Shown: positions 1 through 10,375, counted from the first letter of the stretch. The stretch is DNA of 64,000 bases from an uncultured Acidobacteriota bacterium (GCA_963700145.1 OY969474.1:5376001-5440000), one strand, 5' to 3'. Numbers and translations are program-made. The notes: generated from the letters alone by a model not told the origin.

Positions 1-2
1 TC

Positions 3-950
3 ATCCCGGCGATCGAGTGGCCGGTCCACGCCCCGTACGTCGCCGCCATCCAGGAGTGGAAGAAGCGGCGCAACGCGGTCGTCCTGGCGCACAACTACCA
101 GACCCCCGAGATCTTCCACGGCGTCGCCGACGTCACCGGCGACTCGCTCGCCCTGGCGCAGCAGGGGGCCAAGACCGACGCCGACGTGATCGTGCTGGCC
201 GGCGTCCACTTCATGGCCGAGACGGCGAAGATCCTGTCGCCGGAGAAGACCGTCCTGATCCCTGACCTCGAGGCCGGCTGCTCGCTCGCCGCCTCGATCA
301 CCGGCGCCGACGTGCGGCTGCTCAAGGAGCGCTACCCGGGCGTGCCGGTCGTCACCTACGTCAACACCTCGGCGGAGGTCAAGGCCGAATCGGACATCTG
401 CTGCACCTCGGCCAACGCCGTGGGGGTCGTCGAGTCGCTCGGCGTGCCGCGGGTCATCTTCCTCCCCGACGAGTTCCTCGGCCGCTGGGTCGCCACCCAG
501 ACCGACGTCGAGATCATCCTCTGGCGCGGCCACTGCGAGGTGCACGAGCGCTTCACCGCCGCGGAGCTGCGCGCCTACCGCGAGCGCTTCGGCGCCGAGG
601 GGATCGAGATCCTCGCCCACCCCGAGTGCCCGCCCGACGTCCTCGCCGAGGCCGACTTCGTGGGCTCGACCGCGGGCATGATCCGCCACGTCGGCGCCAC
701 CCGTCCCAAGCGGGTGGTGATGGTCACCGAGTGCTCGATGAGCGACAACGTCGCGGTCGAGTACCCGGACGTCGAGTTCGTGCGCCCGTGCAACCTCTGC
801 CCGCACATGAAGCGGATCACCCTGCCCAAGATCCTCTGGTCGCTGCAGAACCTCGAGCACCGGGTGGAGGTCGAGCCGGAGATCGCGGCGCGGGCGCGGC
901 GGGCGGTCGAGCGGATGCTCGCCGTCGGGCGGCGGGAGGGGAGCAAGTGA
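3..950 (+). CDS. nadA: Quinolinate synthase A (5' truncated by window edge)
   Basis: Frame is open from position 3 (VLAHNYQ...GDSL); [18 protein letters not shown] and CNLCPHMK motifs; followed by nadB and nadC. Confidence 0.96.
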   Translation: MPAIEWPVHAPYVAAIQEWKKRRNAVVLAHNYQTPEIFHGVADVTGDSLALAQQGAKTDADVIVLAGVHFMAETAKILSPEKTVLIPDLEAGCSLAASITGADVRLLKERYPGVPVVTYVNTSAEVKAESDICCTSANAVGVVESLGVPRVIFLPDEFLGRWVATQTDVEIILWRGHCEVHERFTAAELRAYRERFGAEGIEILAHPECPPDVLAEADFVGSTAGMIRHVGATRPKRVVMVTECSMSDNVAVEYPDVEFVRPCNLCPHMKRITLPKILWSLQNLEHRVEVEPEIAARARRAVERMLAVGRREGSK

Positions 951-2593
951 GCCGCGGCGGCGGCATCGACGCGGTCGCGGCCGCCGAGGTCGTCGTCGTC
1001 GGCACGGGCGTCGCCGGCTTGACGGCCGCGCTCGGCTGCGCGCCGCGGCGGGTGACCCTCCTGACCAAGACCCGGCTGGGCGCCGGCGGCGCCAGCCCCT
1101 GGGCGCAGGGCGGGGTCGCCGCGGCGGTGGGGGAGGACGACTCGCCGGCCCTCCACGCCGCCGATACCCTCGCCGCCGGCGCCGGGCTCAGCGTGCCCGA
1201 GATCGTCGAGCTCCTCGTCCGCGAGGGACCGGGGCGGGTGCGTGCCCTCCTCGCCCTGGGCGCCCGCTTCGACCGCGACGCCGACGGCGACCTCTCCCTC
1301 GGCCGTGAGGCCGCGCACAGCCGCCGCCGCATCCTCCACGCCCGCGACGCCACCGGCGCCGAGATGGTGCGGGCGCTGGTCGAGGCGGTGCGGCGCGCCC
1401 CGCACGTGCAGGTGCTGGAGGAGACCTTCGCGCTCGATCTTGTGGTCGAGGGCGGTCGGGTCGTCGGCCTCCTCGCGCTCGACCCGGACGGCCGCCGCGT
1501 CCTCCACCAGGCGAGCGCCGTGGTCCTCGCCACCGGCGGGCTCGGCCGGCTCTACCTCCACACCACGAACCCTCCCGAGGCGACCGGCGACGGCCTGGCG
1601 ATGGCGGCGCGCGCCGGCGCCCGGCTGGTAGACCTGGAGTTCGTGCAGTTCCACCCTACTGCCCTGGCCGCCGGCGGCGACCCGCTGCCGCTGCTGACCG
1701 AAGCGCTGCGCGGGGAGGGGGCGGTGCTGGTGGACGGCCGCGGCCGCCGCTTCATGCCGGACGAGCACCCGCAGGCCGAGCTGGCGCCGCGCGACGTCGT
1801 GGCGCGCGCCATCTGGAAGCGGCAGGTGGCCGGCGAGCCGGTTTTCCTCGACGCTCGCGCCGCCTTGGGCGACCGCTTCCCCGAGCGCTTCCCGACCGTC
1901 TTCGCTCTCTGCCAGGAGCATGGCCTCGACCCGCGGCGCGAGCCGATGCCGGTGACGCCGGCGGCGCATTACCACATGGGCGGGGTGGCGGTGGACGAGC
2001 GCGGCCGCGGCTCGCTCGCCGGCCTCTGGGCCTGCGGCGAGGTGGCGGCGACCGGCGTGCACGGCGCCAACCGCCTGGCAAGCAACTCCCTGCTCGAGGC
2101 GCTCGTCTTCGGCGCCCGCGTCGCCGAGGACCTGCGCGCGCAGCGCCCGGCGCTCAAGCCGATCCTGCGCGGAGCGCTTCCACGATCTTCCCAACCCGTC
2201 ATCCTGAGCGCAGCGAAGGATCTGGGTGGGGGAGACGGCGCGGCACGCAGCGGCGATCCAACTCTGGTCGCCGCCGTCCGCCGCCTGATGTGGCAGTGCG
2301 TCGGCCTGGTACGCGACGCGCGCGGGCTGCGGAGTGCTCTCGCCGAGCTGGCGCGGCTGCGCGCCGAGCACCCGCAAGCAGGCGGCGAGGCGCGCAATCT
2401 CCTCGCGCTGGCGCGTCTCGTCGCGGCAGCCGCCCTCACCCGATGCGAGAGCCGCGGCGGCCACTTCCGGGCGGATTACCCGGCCCCCGACCCGGCTTGG
2501 GAGCGGCGCCTCTTTCTCACCGCCGCCCCCGACGGTGACGCGCACTTCGAGGCCTCGCCCGCTCCGGCGTCCGCCGCCGCAGGGGCGCGGTGA
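947..2593 (+). CDS. nadB: L-aspartate oxidase
   Basis: GTG start overlaps the nadA stop (GTGA); [12 protein letters not shown] motif, [45 protein letters not shown]. Confidence 0.95.
   Translation: MSRGGGIDAVAAAEVVVVGTGVAGLTAALGCAPRRVTLLTKTRLGAGGASPWAQGGVAAAVGEDDSPALHAADTLAAGAGLSVPEIVELLVREGPGRVRALLALGARFDRDADGDLSLGREAAHSRRRILHARDATGAEMVRALVEAVRRAPHVQVLEETFALDLVVEGGRVVGLLALDPDGRRVLHQASAVVLATGGLGRLYLHTTNPPEATGDGLAMAARAGARLVDLEFVQFHPTALAAGGDPLPLLTEALRGEGAVLVDGRGRRFMPDEHPQAELAPRDVVARAIWKRQVAGEPVFLDARAALGDRFPERFPTVFALCQEHGLDPRREPMPVTPAAHYHMGGVAVDERGRGSLAGLWACGEVAATGVHGANRLASNSLLEALVFGARVAEDLRAQRPALKPILRGALPRSSQPVILSAAKDLGGGDGAARSGDPTLVAAVRRLMWQCVGLVRDARGLRSALAELARLRAEHPQAGGEARNLLALARLVAAAALTRCESRGGHFRADYPAPDPAWERRLFLTAAPDGDAHFEASPAPASAAAGAR
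2198..2232 (+). repeat. REP-like element copy inside nadB (encodes [12 protein letters not shown])
   Basis: GTCATCCTGAGCGCAGCGAAGGATCTGGGTGGGGG, near-identical to the copies at 45915 and 49104 and similar to 56251. Confidence 0.85.
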
Positions 2594-3432
2594 CCCCCCT
2601 CTACCCCCTGCTGTACGAGCCTGTCGTCCGGCGCGCGCTCGAGGAGGACCTCGGCCGCGCCGGCGACCTGACGAGCGATGCCGTCCTGCCGGCCGACCTC
2701 CGCGCCGAGGCGCGGGTGGTGGCGCGGGCGGCGGGACGCATCGCCGGCCTGGAGCCGGCGCTCGCCGCCTTCCGCCTGCTCGACCCCGGCTGCGCCATCG
2801 AGATCGACCTCCCCGACGGCGGCGACGCCGTCGCCGGCGAGATCCTGGCTATCGTGCGCGGACCCGCCCGCGCCCTCCTGGCGGCCGAGCGCACGGCGCT
2901 CAACCTCCTCGGCCGCCTCTCCGGCATCGCCACCGCCACCCGCGAGCTGGTGGCGGCGGTCCGGCCGTACGCCGCGCGCGTCGTCTGCACCCGCAAGACC
3001 ACCCCCGGGCTGCGCGCCCTCGAGAAGTACGCGGTGCGCTGCGGCGGCGGCGGCAACCACCGCTTTGGCCTCGACGACGGCGTGCTGATCAAGGACAACC
3101 ACCGCGCCCTGGCCGGCGGGCTCCGCCCCGCGGTCGAGCGGGCGCGCGCCGCCGTCGGTCACATGGTGAAGATCGAGGTCGAGGTGGACACTCTGGAACA
3201 GTTGGACGAGGCGCTGGCGCTCGGGGTGGACGCCGTGCTGCTCGACAACATGGACCTGCCGACGCTCGCCGAGGCCGTGGGCCGCTGCCGCGGCCGCGCC
3301 CTCACCGAAGCCTCCGGCGGCATCACCCTAGCCACCGCCCCCGCCATCGCCGCCACCGGCGTCGACCTCCTCTCCGTCGGCTGGCTCACCCACAGTGCCC
3401 CGACCTTGGACGTGGCGCTGGACGTCGGCTAA
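2590..3432 (+). CDS. nadC: Nicotinate-nucleotide pyrophosphorylase (carboxylating)
   Basis: [41 protein letters not shown] motifs. Confidence 0.97.
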   Translation: MTPLYPLLYEPVVRRALEEDLGRAGDLTSDAVLPADLRAEARVVARAAGRIAGLEPALAAFRLLDPGCAIEIDLPDGGDAVAGEILAIVRGPARALLAAERTALNLLGRLSGIATATRELVAAVRPYAARVVCTRKTTPGLRALEKYAVRCGGGGNHRFGLDDGVLIKDNHRALAGGLRPAVERARAAVGHMVKIEVEVDTLEQLDEALALGVDAVLLDNMDLPTLAEAVGRCRGRALTEASGGITLATAPAIAATGVDLLSVGWLTHSAPTLDVALDVG

Positions 3433-3495
3433 ACACTGGTTAGGCGTCACCGCTGTTGCCCCCGCAACGCCCAAGAAGAAGTCTCTAGTCCGCGG

Positions 3496-4323
3496 ATGGC
3501 GTTCGAAATGGATTGGGAAGCAGTGGACCGCATGATCGACGACTTCCGCGACCTGATGCCGCCCGAGCCAAGCGCTCTTGGGCTCTTCATAGAACGTCAT
3601 GATTGGAGGCCGGTGTGGAACCTCGCCCGGGAGATTCAAGAAGCCTTTCGGACCGTTCGTTATCCAACGACGGAGCTACGCCAAGCTTCCTGGAATCGCT
3701 TCTTCGAACTTAGGAGTGAAGCATCGCAGCGGGCCGACCGGGAACGAGAGTGGGTGAATATCCACTCTGAGAAGCACCGGGACGACATACTCTTCGAGTG
3801 CCGTGGCCTAGAGTACTCAAGACTTACCGACATGATCTTTTTTTTTGACCCCACCACGGTGGAAGAAATGAAGGAGGCTGGCCGCAGGCTGGGTCATGCC
3901 ATGAGCATGCTCAAAGAGCACAAGCACAAGATGCTTCGCGAGCACAAACAGGAGTGCTTTGACCGCTTCCAGGAAATCAAAGAATCACACGAGATCTTCT
4001 GGGAGGACTACCGCAAGACTCGGGATCTGCGCAGACAGGAGTATCTCGAAAGACGCCAGGCGACTATCGCCAAGATCGAGGCTAATCTTGAGAAGAACGA
4101 AGACCAGCTCGAAAAGGCTCGAGCCGCGCCCGCTCATGCCGAGGAGCGTATTGCACAGCTTCGCGAGAAGATTGACTCCACGAACAGTGAGAAGTGGCGA
4201 GACATATGGTCCGGCTGGCTCGAGGAGGCCGAGCGCAAGGCCGAGGACATCGAGGAGCATATCGAGCGAATCCGCGGTTGGATTGATGAAGGTCAGCGCA
4301 AGCTCTTCGATCTTAACCAGTAG
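3496..4323 (+). CDS. Cassette-borne helical/coiled-coil hypothetical protein (DUF349-like W/FxRF repeats)
   Basis: 275-aa ORF with lower GC and atypical codon use; charged helical sequence with repeated WNRF/FDRF motifs. Confidence 0.7.
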   Translation: MAFEMDWEAVDRMIDDFRDLMPPEPSALGLFIERHDWRPVWNLAREIQEAFRTVRYPTTELRQASWNRFFELRSEASQRADREREWVNIHSEKHRDDILFECRGLEYSRLTDMIFFFDPTTVEEMKEAGRRLGHAMSMLKEHKHKMLREHKQECFDRFQEIKESHEIFWEDYRKTRDLRRQEYLERRQATIAKIEANLEKNEDQLEKARAAPAHAEERIAQLREKIDSTNSEKWRDIWSGWLEEAERKAEDIEEHIERIRGWIDEGQRKLFDLNQ

Positions 4324-4338
4324 CCGCTTTGGCCGACC

Positions 4339-4401
4339 GCCTAACCCGGCGCTTGCAGCGAACAGCCGGCTTCGCCGTCGCTGAAGCGCTAACCGTTAGC
4401 T
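4339..4401 (+). other. attC recombination site (63 bp)
   Basis: R'' GCCTAAC; arm GCGCTTGCAG pairs with CTGAAGCGC leaving one extrahelical base; CGAAC/GTCG leaves a second; unpaired spacers; R' GTTAGCT. Confidence 0.9.
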
Positions 4402-4423
4402 CGGCCTGAGCACCGAGAGTGGT

Positions 4424-5268
4424 ATGCGAGACATCGGACTTCTCGATCTCCTGCAGCTCGCCGGTTTCTCCGCAACTACGCGGACCAAGTTGGTGCGCCA
4501 CCAAGACGCGCACTATGACGCGCAAGACCTGCTGCGGCGGGGATGGCTCGAAACCTACCAGGCCTTTCAGTCACGGCCAGTCTTCGACAGGACCGATTTC
4601 ATTGTCTCGTTCATCGGGATGCGTGGCAACCGTGCTCGCTTCATCGGAATCTATCGCGTCCTTGCTCGGCGGCCTTCGCAAGACGGCTCCATCCGGCGGA
4701 GTGCCCTTACCTTGAGTGGCGCAACGTCGGCTACTTCTACGATCTGCAACGGCACACCGGCTTCGACCACCTTGAGAACCGGGTCATCATCGACTGGAAA
4801 GCTGCCCGCGCGTGGCATCAACGGGTCCAGAACAGGCCTGTTGTTGAGATCTTGCCGGCCGGCTACCTTCTCGAGCCCTTTGACGACTACCTCCAGTTTA
4901 ACGTCACACATTCTGAGCTGCGATACCTAGTGGAGCACCAGGAGGCGCATAAAGAGTGGCGCGCACGTCTTTCGGCCGTCGCAGGCGTCTATCTGATCCT
5001 CGCGACAACCACGGGTGACCAGTACGTCGGTTCCGCCTACGGCGCCCAGGGCATCTGGGGCCGTTGGTCCGCCTACGCTCGCGACGGCCACGCCGGTAAC
5101 GCCCTGCTGCGCGCATTGGTGTCCAAGAACCCTGCGTATCCAGCTGGGTTCTCCTACTCGGTCCTTCAGATCTTGCCGACCAGCTTCGCGCGGCCAGAGG
5201 TCCTTCAAAACGAGCGGCTGTTCAAGCAGAAGCTTGGCAGCCGTGCTACCGGCCTCAATGCAAACTAA
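4424..5268 (+). pseudogene. GIY-YIG nuclease family protein (cassette 2), split by one frameshift near 4685-4700
   Basis: N-terminal part in the 4424 frame (TKLVRHQD...ARFIGIYRV), C-terminal part in the 4543 frame (RVIIDW...GVYLI...YVGSAYG...GRW...E..FK..LGSR..GLNAN); starts just after attC. Confidence 0.8.
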
Positions 5269-5713
5269 CGCGGCTTACCGCTGAAGAGCGCTCCCCCAGA
5301 GGAACGAAAAGGGAGGATCCGCGTGTCGAGAAAAAAAGGCGATCACGTCGCCGGGGACCCGGACAGTGAGCGCGCCAACTCTCTGACGCGCTGTGGACTG
5401 GCTCATCGGGATCCCAATTGCTGGTAGCAACTCTGCGGGCGACTTGCCGCCTAAGAGTTTGCGTCGCCGCTCGAACCAGCCGCGGATGCCGTTGTCGTTG
5501 TAGGTGCTGGCGAGCCCGCTTACGACCGTCAGGAGGCAGTGCGCGCGGGTGGCACGGGGTCGGGAATCAGGCGACTGCCAGACTGATAACGACGGACACT
5601 TGCTGCTGAGACTCCCAGAAGCCGCGCGAACTGCTCGGTGCCTAGGAGCCCCCGAGAGCGAGGATCTCTCCAGTGGGCGCTACTGACGCCTCGATTGCCA
5701 CTCTGAGGCGATT

Positions 5714-6931
5714 CTACGGCCCCCAGTTGCAGAGGTCGTCGGCGGCGATCGCCGGGTAGCCGGCGCTGTAGCGGCCTTCGGCGGTGAAGATCGGGCCCAC
5801 CCAGGCCTGGGCGTGGGTCTCGTCGGCGTGCCAGAGGTCGAGGAGGAGCCAGCCGAATTCGTCGTCGACCGGCAGCTCCAGGGAGCCCACCGTCACCGCC
5901 TGAGTGGCGATCGGGAAGGCGGCGGCACCGGCGAGCTCGGTGGGGTTCTCCTGCTCGTCGAAGGCCACCACCTGCTGCGCGCCGAGCGGCAGCCAGACGG
6001 GGGTGGAGCCGCAGGGGAGCGGGCGGGGGGAGCTGTCGCGGGTGTCGCGCCAGACGATCAGGCGCGTGCCGCCGTCGAAGTCCCCGCCGTGGACGAAGCG
6101 GCTGTAGTAAAGGCTGGGCAGCGGCACCCGCGCGTCGCGGGCGTCGAAGCCGACGTAGCGGCCGTAGAAGGTGTAGGTGCCGGCGACCAGCAGGTCGGCG
6201 TCGGCCACCAGGTGCACCGCCGCGCTGCCCTGGGAGCTGTTGCCCGCCGGGTCGACGAAGACGTAGTCCCCCCAGAGCACGTTGTCGTTGGTCGCGACGC
6301 CGGTCCCCCCGGCCGCGAAGTAGAGCGGGTCGGCCGGTGTGTTGCGCTGGCTCCCGACGCCGACCGCGCTGCAGCGCCGCACGGCGTCAATGGTGACGTA
6401 CCCGGTGGCGAAGCGGGTGTCGGCGCGCGGCTCGCTCAAGCACTGCGTAGGGAAGCTCTGCGGGATCGGCCGCCCGGTGTGGGCGGCGGTGAGCAGGGCG
6501 ACGTCGGCGGCGGAGGGGGGAACGACCCCGGCCACGGTGCCGCCGCAGTTGTCGAAGCCGGGACCCGGCTCCGAGAGCTCTCCTTGCGGGCTCGCCTGCG
6601 GCCCGGTGCGCGGCACCTGGCCGCGCAGCAGGTCGCGGACGTTGAGCGTCTGCACGTCGTAGCCGGTCAGGTAGACGTCGAAAGCGAGCGTCGGGACCCC
6701 CCAGTCCGTCCACAGCACCACCCGCGCCAGCGCCGGCTTCGCGCCGCCGTTGTTGACCGAGAAGAGGGTGGTCTTGCCGCGCGGGTCCTCGAGATCCACC
6801 TCGAAGAAGGGGATGAGGAGGCTGGCCGCGGGCTGGTCGTCGACCCGACAGTTGCCCGCGAGGGCGCCGCCTGCCGCCGGCATGGCCAGCAGCACGGCGC
6901 CGAGCCCTCCCAGGACAATGAGCTTGCGCAT
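5714..6931 (-). CDS. Secreted hypothetical protein (PAASLLIPFFEV...TTLFSVNN type)
   Basis: Signal peptide, several Cys, host-like codon usage. Confidence 0.75.
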   Translation of the reverse strand: MRKLIVLGGLGAVLLAMPAAGGALAGNCRVDDQPAASLLIPFFEVDLEDPRGKTTLFSVNNGGAKPALARVVLWTDWGVPTLAFDVYLTGYDVQTLNVRDLLRGQVPRTGPQASPQGELSEPGPGFDNCGGTVAGVVPPSAADVALLTAAHTGRPIPQSFPTQCLSEPRADTRFATGYVTIDAVRRCSAVGVGSQRNTPADPLYFAAGGTGVATNDNVLWGDYVFVDPAGNSSQGSAAVHLVADADLLVAGTYTFYGRYVGFDARDARVPLPSLYYSRFVHGGDFDGGTRLIVWRDTRDSSPRPLPCGSTPVWLPLGAQQVVAFDEQENPTELAGAAAFPIATQAVTVGSLELPVDDEFGWLLLDLWHADETHAQAWVGPIFTAEGRYSAGYPAIAADDLCNWGP

Positions 6932-6991
6932 CGATTCTCCTCGCGGCCGCGCCGGCCGGGTCCCCGGCGGGGTCCGCTAGACTACCCTTCG

Positions 6992-7921
6992 ATGAGCGAG
7001 GGTTTGATCCAGATCGGGGTGGAGCGCTCGCCGCGCCCCGAGTGGCTACGCATCCGGCTGACGACCCCGGCTTCCTACCACCGGGTGCGCGACCTCGTCG
7101 AGCGTCTGCACCTGCATACCGTCTGCCAGGAGGCCCGTTGCCCCAACATTTACGAGTGCTGGGGGGAGCACGGGACGGCCACGTTCATGATCCTGGGGGA
7201 CGTCTGCACCCGCCGTTGCGGCTTCTGCGCCGTCACCTCGGGGCGCCCTCGGCCGGGGGTGGACGCCGAGGAGCCGGCGCACGTCGCCGAGGCGGTGGCG
7301 GCGATGGGGCTGCGGCACGCCGTCGTCACCTCGGTCGACCGCGACGACCTCCTCGACGGCGGCGCCGGCCATTTCGCGGCGGTGATCCAGGCCATCCACC
7401 GGCACAACCCGGGGACAGCCGTCGAGGTGCTGACCCCCGACTTCCGCGGCGTCCCGGACGCCCTCGACGTGGTGCTGCGGGCCCGGCCCGAGGTCTTCTC
7501 GCACAACACCGAGACCGTGCCGCGCCTCTACCGCGCCGCCCGTCCCGGCAGCCGCTACGACCGCACGATCGGCCTGCTCGCCGCGGCGGCGAGCCGGCGC
7601 GACGCCGGGGAGTACCGCGGCGTGGTCAAGACCGGGATGATGCTCGGGCTCGGCGAGGCGCCGGAGGAGGTGCGGACGACGCTGTGCGACCTGCACGGCG
7701 CGGGCGTCGAGGTGCTGACCCTCGGCCAGTACCTCCAGCCCACGCCGCGCCACCTGCCGGTCGCCCGCTGGGTCCACCCCGACGAGTTCGCCGCCTACCG
7801 CGAGGAGGCGCTCGCCCTCGGCTTCCGCCACTGCACGGCGGGGCCGCTGGTGCGCAGCAGCTACCACGCGCACGAGCACGTGCCGCCGGCAGCGGTACCC
7901 CTCGCTGCCGGCGCCGCCTGA
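6992..7921 (+). CDS. lipA: Lipoyl synthase
   Basis: CQEARCPNIYEC, CTRRCGFC radical-SAM motif, TSVDRDDL, LGQYLQP, VRSSYHA. Confidence 0.96.
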   Translation: MSEGLIQIGVERSPRPEWLRIRLTTPASYHRVRDLVERLHLHTVCQEARCPNIYECWGEHGTATFMILGDVCTRRCGFCAVTSGRPRPGVDAEEPAHVAEAVAAMGLRHAVVTSVDRDDLLDGGAGHFAAVIQAIHRHNPGTAVEVLTPDFRGVPDALDVVLRARPEVFSHNTETVPRLYRAARPGSRYDRTIGLLAAAASRRDAGEYRGVVKTGMMLGLGEAPEEVRTTLCDLHGAGVEVLTLGQYLQPTPRHLPVARWVHPDEFAAYREEALALGFRHCTAGPLVRSSYHAHEHVPPAAVPLAAGAA

Positions 7922-7929
7922 CCCGCCGC

Positions 7930-8799
7930 TCAGGCCGCCGGCTTCACCGCGCGCACGAAGGCGCTCATCACCTTCCCGTCCACCTCCGCCAGCACCGCCT
8001 CGTCGATGGCATCCTCCGGCAGCACGGCGCGGGCGTCGGCGGCACCGAAGACGCGCGTCGGCTCGACCTCGATGTCCGTGAAGCCCGCGTCGCCGAGGAA
8101 GCGCCGGTAGTCGGCCTCGGTGAGCGCCCCGGCAACGCAGCCGGTCCAGGCCTCGACGCTCCGGCGCACCCGCTCAGGCAGCTCGGCCGCGAGCACGATG
8201 TCCGAGACCGCGAAGCGGCCGCCGGGACGGAGCACGCGGAAGGCCTCGGCCAGGGCGCGCGGCTTGTCCGGCGAGAGGTTGACGACGCAGTTCGAGATCA
8301 CCACGTCCACCGCCTCGTCCGGCAGCGGCACGCTCTCCAGCTCGCCCTTGAGGAACTCGGCATTGGAGACGCCGGCGCGGCGCTGGTTCTCGCGCGCCAG
8401 CTCCAGCATGTCGTCGGTCATGTCCAGCCCGTAGGCGCGGCCGGCCGGCCCGACGCGGCGGGCGGAGAGGAGGACGTCGAGCCCGCCACCGGAGCCGAGG
8501 TCGAGGACCACCTCGCCGGGGCGGAGGTCGGCGAGGAGCGTCGGGTTGCCGCAGCCGAGAGAGGCGCGGACGGCGTCGGGCGGCAGCCCCTCGGTCTCGG
8601 CGGCGGAGTAGAGGTCGGCGGTGATCGGGTCGGCGGCGGCGGCGTCGCCGCAGCCGCAGCCGCAGCCCGGGGCGGCGCCGCTCCGCGCGGCGCGCGCGGC
8701 GGCGCCGTAGCGCTCGCGGACGACGTCCTTGATGGCGCGATCGCCGGTGGTGGGGGAGGGAGTGGTGACGCTTGCTACGGTGGGGGTGCAGCAGCTCAT
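7930..8799 (-). CDS. arsM: Arsenite S-adenosylmethionine methyltransferase
   Basis: [33 protein letters not shown]; Cys-rich N-terminus. Confidence 0.9.
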   Translation of the reverse strand: MSCCTPTVASVTTPSPTTGDRAIKDVVRERYGAAARAARSGAAPGCGCGCGDAAAADPITADLYSAAETEGLPPDAVRASLGCGNPTLLADLRPGEVVLDLGSGGGLDVLLSARRVGPAGRAYGLDMTDDMLELARENQRRAGVSNAEFLKGELESVPLPDEAVDVVISNCVVNLSPDKPRALAEAFRVLRPGGRFAVSDIVLAAELPERVRRSVEAWTGCVAGALTEADYRRFLGDAGFTDIEVEPTRVFGAADARAVLPEDAIDEAVLAEVDGKVMSAFVRAVKPAA

Positions 8800-8830
8800 G
8801 GTTCGGTTCTCCTTTCAGTTATCCTGATGT

Positions 8831-8846
8831 GTTGTCAGTTGCAACT
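8831..8846. promoter_or_regulatory. Putative MarR operator upstream of arsM
   Basis: GTTGTCAGTTGCAACT contains the palindrome AGTTGCAACT; 15/16 identical to the site at 9386. Confidence 0.7.
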
Positions 8847-8862
8847 ATCGGCTCAAAAAAAC

Positions 8863-9363
8863 TCACCCGATGCGGCAGCAGGTCCCGGCGCCGGTCTCGA
8901 CCCGGCCGGCGGCCGCCCGCGCCAACCCGGCGATCAGCCGGGTCATCGCCTGCCGCACCTCGGGCGTGAAATCGGCGAGGAGGCGGCGCTCCTCCTCCAG
9001 GATGTCCCCTTCGATCCGCGTGTGGAGCGCCCGCCCTGCGGCGGTGGGCTCGAGCTGGAGCGCGCGTCCGTCCTGCGGGTGCGGGCGCCGCGCCACGTAG
9101 CCCTTGCGCTCGAGCGCGTCCACCACCCGGCTCGCCGTGCTCTTGTCGAGGAAGAGGTGGGCGGCGAGCTCGTTGAGCGTCAGCGCGCCGCGGCGCACCA
9201 GCGCCTCCAGGGCGTAGCACTGGGTCACCGAGACGTCGTAGCAGCAGATGCGGTCGCGGTCGCGGAACTGGTAGACGCGGATCAGGTCGGAGAGGGCGTC
9301 GTAGAGCCCCCGCGTGTCGCGGTCGAGCGTGGCGTCCAGGGCGGGGGCGGTGCGCGTCGTCAT
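8863..9363 (-). CDS. MarR-family regulator with two vicinal Cys pairs
   Basis: LTLNELA...DKSTASRVVDALERKGYV...DGR winged HTH; ICCY and C-terminal TCCR. Confidence 0.88.
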   Translation of the reverse strand: MTTRTAPALDATLDRDTRGLYDALSDLIRVYQFRDRDRICCYDVSVTQCYALEALVRRGALTLNELAAHLFLDKSTASRVVDALERKGYVARRPHPQDGRALQLEPTAAGRALHTRIEGDILEEERRLLADFTPEVRQAMTRLIAGLARAAAGRVETGAGTCCRIG

Positions 9364-9385
9364 GCCGGGGACCCTAACACAACTA

Positions 9386-9402
9386 GTTGGCAGTTGCAAC
9401 TG
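9386..9402. promoter_or_regulatory. Putative MarR autoregulatory operator
   Basis: GTTGGCAGTTGCAACTG, about 23 bp upstream of the marR ATG. Confidence 0.7.
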
Positions 9403-9417
9403 GAGTAGAGTCCCGGC

Positions 9418-9873
9418 GTGCGCCGTGCCTCCCCCGCCCTCGTTTTCCCGCTCCTCCTCGCCGGCTGCGCCGCCTGGGGCGCGCGCGGCTCGGCGGTGCG
9501 CGAGCTGGAGCTCCGCGAGCCGGCGGTCGCCTGGCAGGCGGGGAGCCTGGTGCGCGGCGACCTCGACGGCGACGGCGCGGGCGACTACGCGCTGACCGGG
9601 CGGAAGGGCGAGCTGTTCGTGGTCGGCATCCTCCAGGGGCCGCCGGCGAAGGCGGGGAAGCACTGGACGCTGGAGTTCCCGATCGGCGGCGACGACCAGG
9701 ACGCCCTCTGCTCACCGGCCGCCCGCCTGCGGCTGGAGGAGCTGGAGGGGGTGCCGCCGGAGGCGACCCCGCCTGCCGGCAACCGCGGCCTCGCGCTCCA
9801 CGACGAGCGCTGCGACGCCTTCCACATCTACTGGGACCCGGCGAAGCAGAGCTTCGACTACTGGCGGCTGTAG
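9418..9873 (+). CDS. Hypothetical lipoprotein
   Basis: Lipobox LLAGC; GDLDGDGAGDY FG-GAP/EF-like motif. Confidence 0.7.
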   Translation: MRRASPALVFPLLLAGCAAWGARGSAVRELELREPAVAWQAGSLVRGDLDGDGAGDYALTGRKGELFVVGILQGPPAKAGKHWTLEFPIGGDDQDALCSPAARLRLEELEGVPPEATPPAGNRGLALHDERCDAFHIYWDPAKQSFDYWRL

Positions 9874-9875
9874 CC

Positions 9876-10301
9876 CTACGGCTCGCCCGGCGGTGGTGCC
9901 CGGCGCGCCCGCTTCAGCTCGGCGCGGCGGCGCTTGTCCGCAGCGCGCCGGCGCTTGGCGGCGGCGGAGGGGCGGGTGGGCCTCCGCGGCGCCTCCTCGG
10001 CGAGGGCGGCGCGCAGCAGCGCCGCGAACCGCGCCACCGCCTCCTCGCGGTTCGCCCCCTGGGTGCGGTGCTTCTGCGCCACGACCCGCAGCACCCCGTC
10101 CTTGGCGATCCGGCTCGCCAGCCGCTCGCGCAGCCGCTCCTTCTGCGCCGCGTCGAGGCTCGGCGAGCCCGCGAGGTCGAAGAGCAGGGTGACGCGGCTC
10201 TCGACCTTGTTGACGTTCTGCCCGCCGGGCCCGGAGCTGCGCGAGGTGGCGAAGCGGACCTCCGCTTCGGGGATCGCCAGCTCGGGGGTGACCTCGATCA
10301 C
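9876..10301 (-). CDS. arfB: Alternative ribosome rescue factor B
   Basis: SSGPGGQNVNKV motif and basic C-terminal tail. Confidence 0.93.
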   Translation of the reverse strand: MIEVTPELAIPEAEVRFATSRSSGPGGQNVNKVESRVTLLFDLAGSPSLDAAQKERLRERLASRIAKDGVLRVVAQKHRTQGANREEAVARFAALLRAALAEEAPRRPTRPSAAAKRRRAADKRRRAELKRARRAPPPGEP

Positions 10302-10375
10302 CGCGTCAAGCTAACACGCGCTCCGCACGCCGCTGCTAGGATCGCCGGCGCTCCACCCGCGGTTCTGGAGGGCTC

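Larger units (their letters stand above)
3439..4401 (+). mobile_element. Integron gene cassette 1 (core site GTTAGGC to attC)
   Basis: GTTAGGC at 3439-3445 is the exact complement of the attC inverse core GCCTAAC at 4339-4345; one lower-GC ORF lies between them. Confidence 0.85.

Noticed and set aside
575-2545. Many long overlapping Arg/Ala/Pro-rich ORFs throughout the track (example given)
   Set aside because: Alternative-frame shadows typical of high-GC genes, with no family motifs
4680-4700. Programmed frameshift in the GIY-YIG gene
   Set aside because: No recognisable slippery sequence; mutation or sequencing error is more likely
5290-5713. Further cassettes or an ncRNA after the GIY-YIG gene
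   Set aside because: I found no convincing attC, ORF or structured RNA; probably decayed sequence
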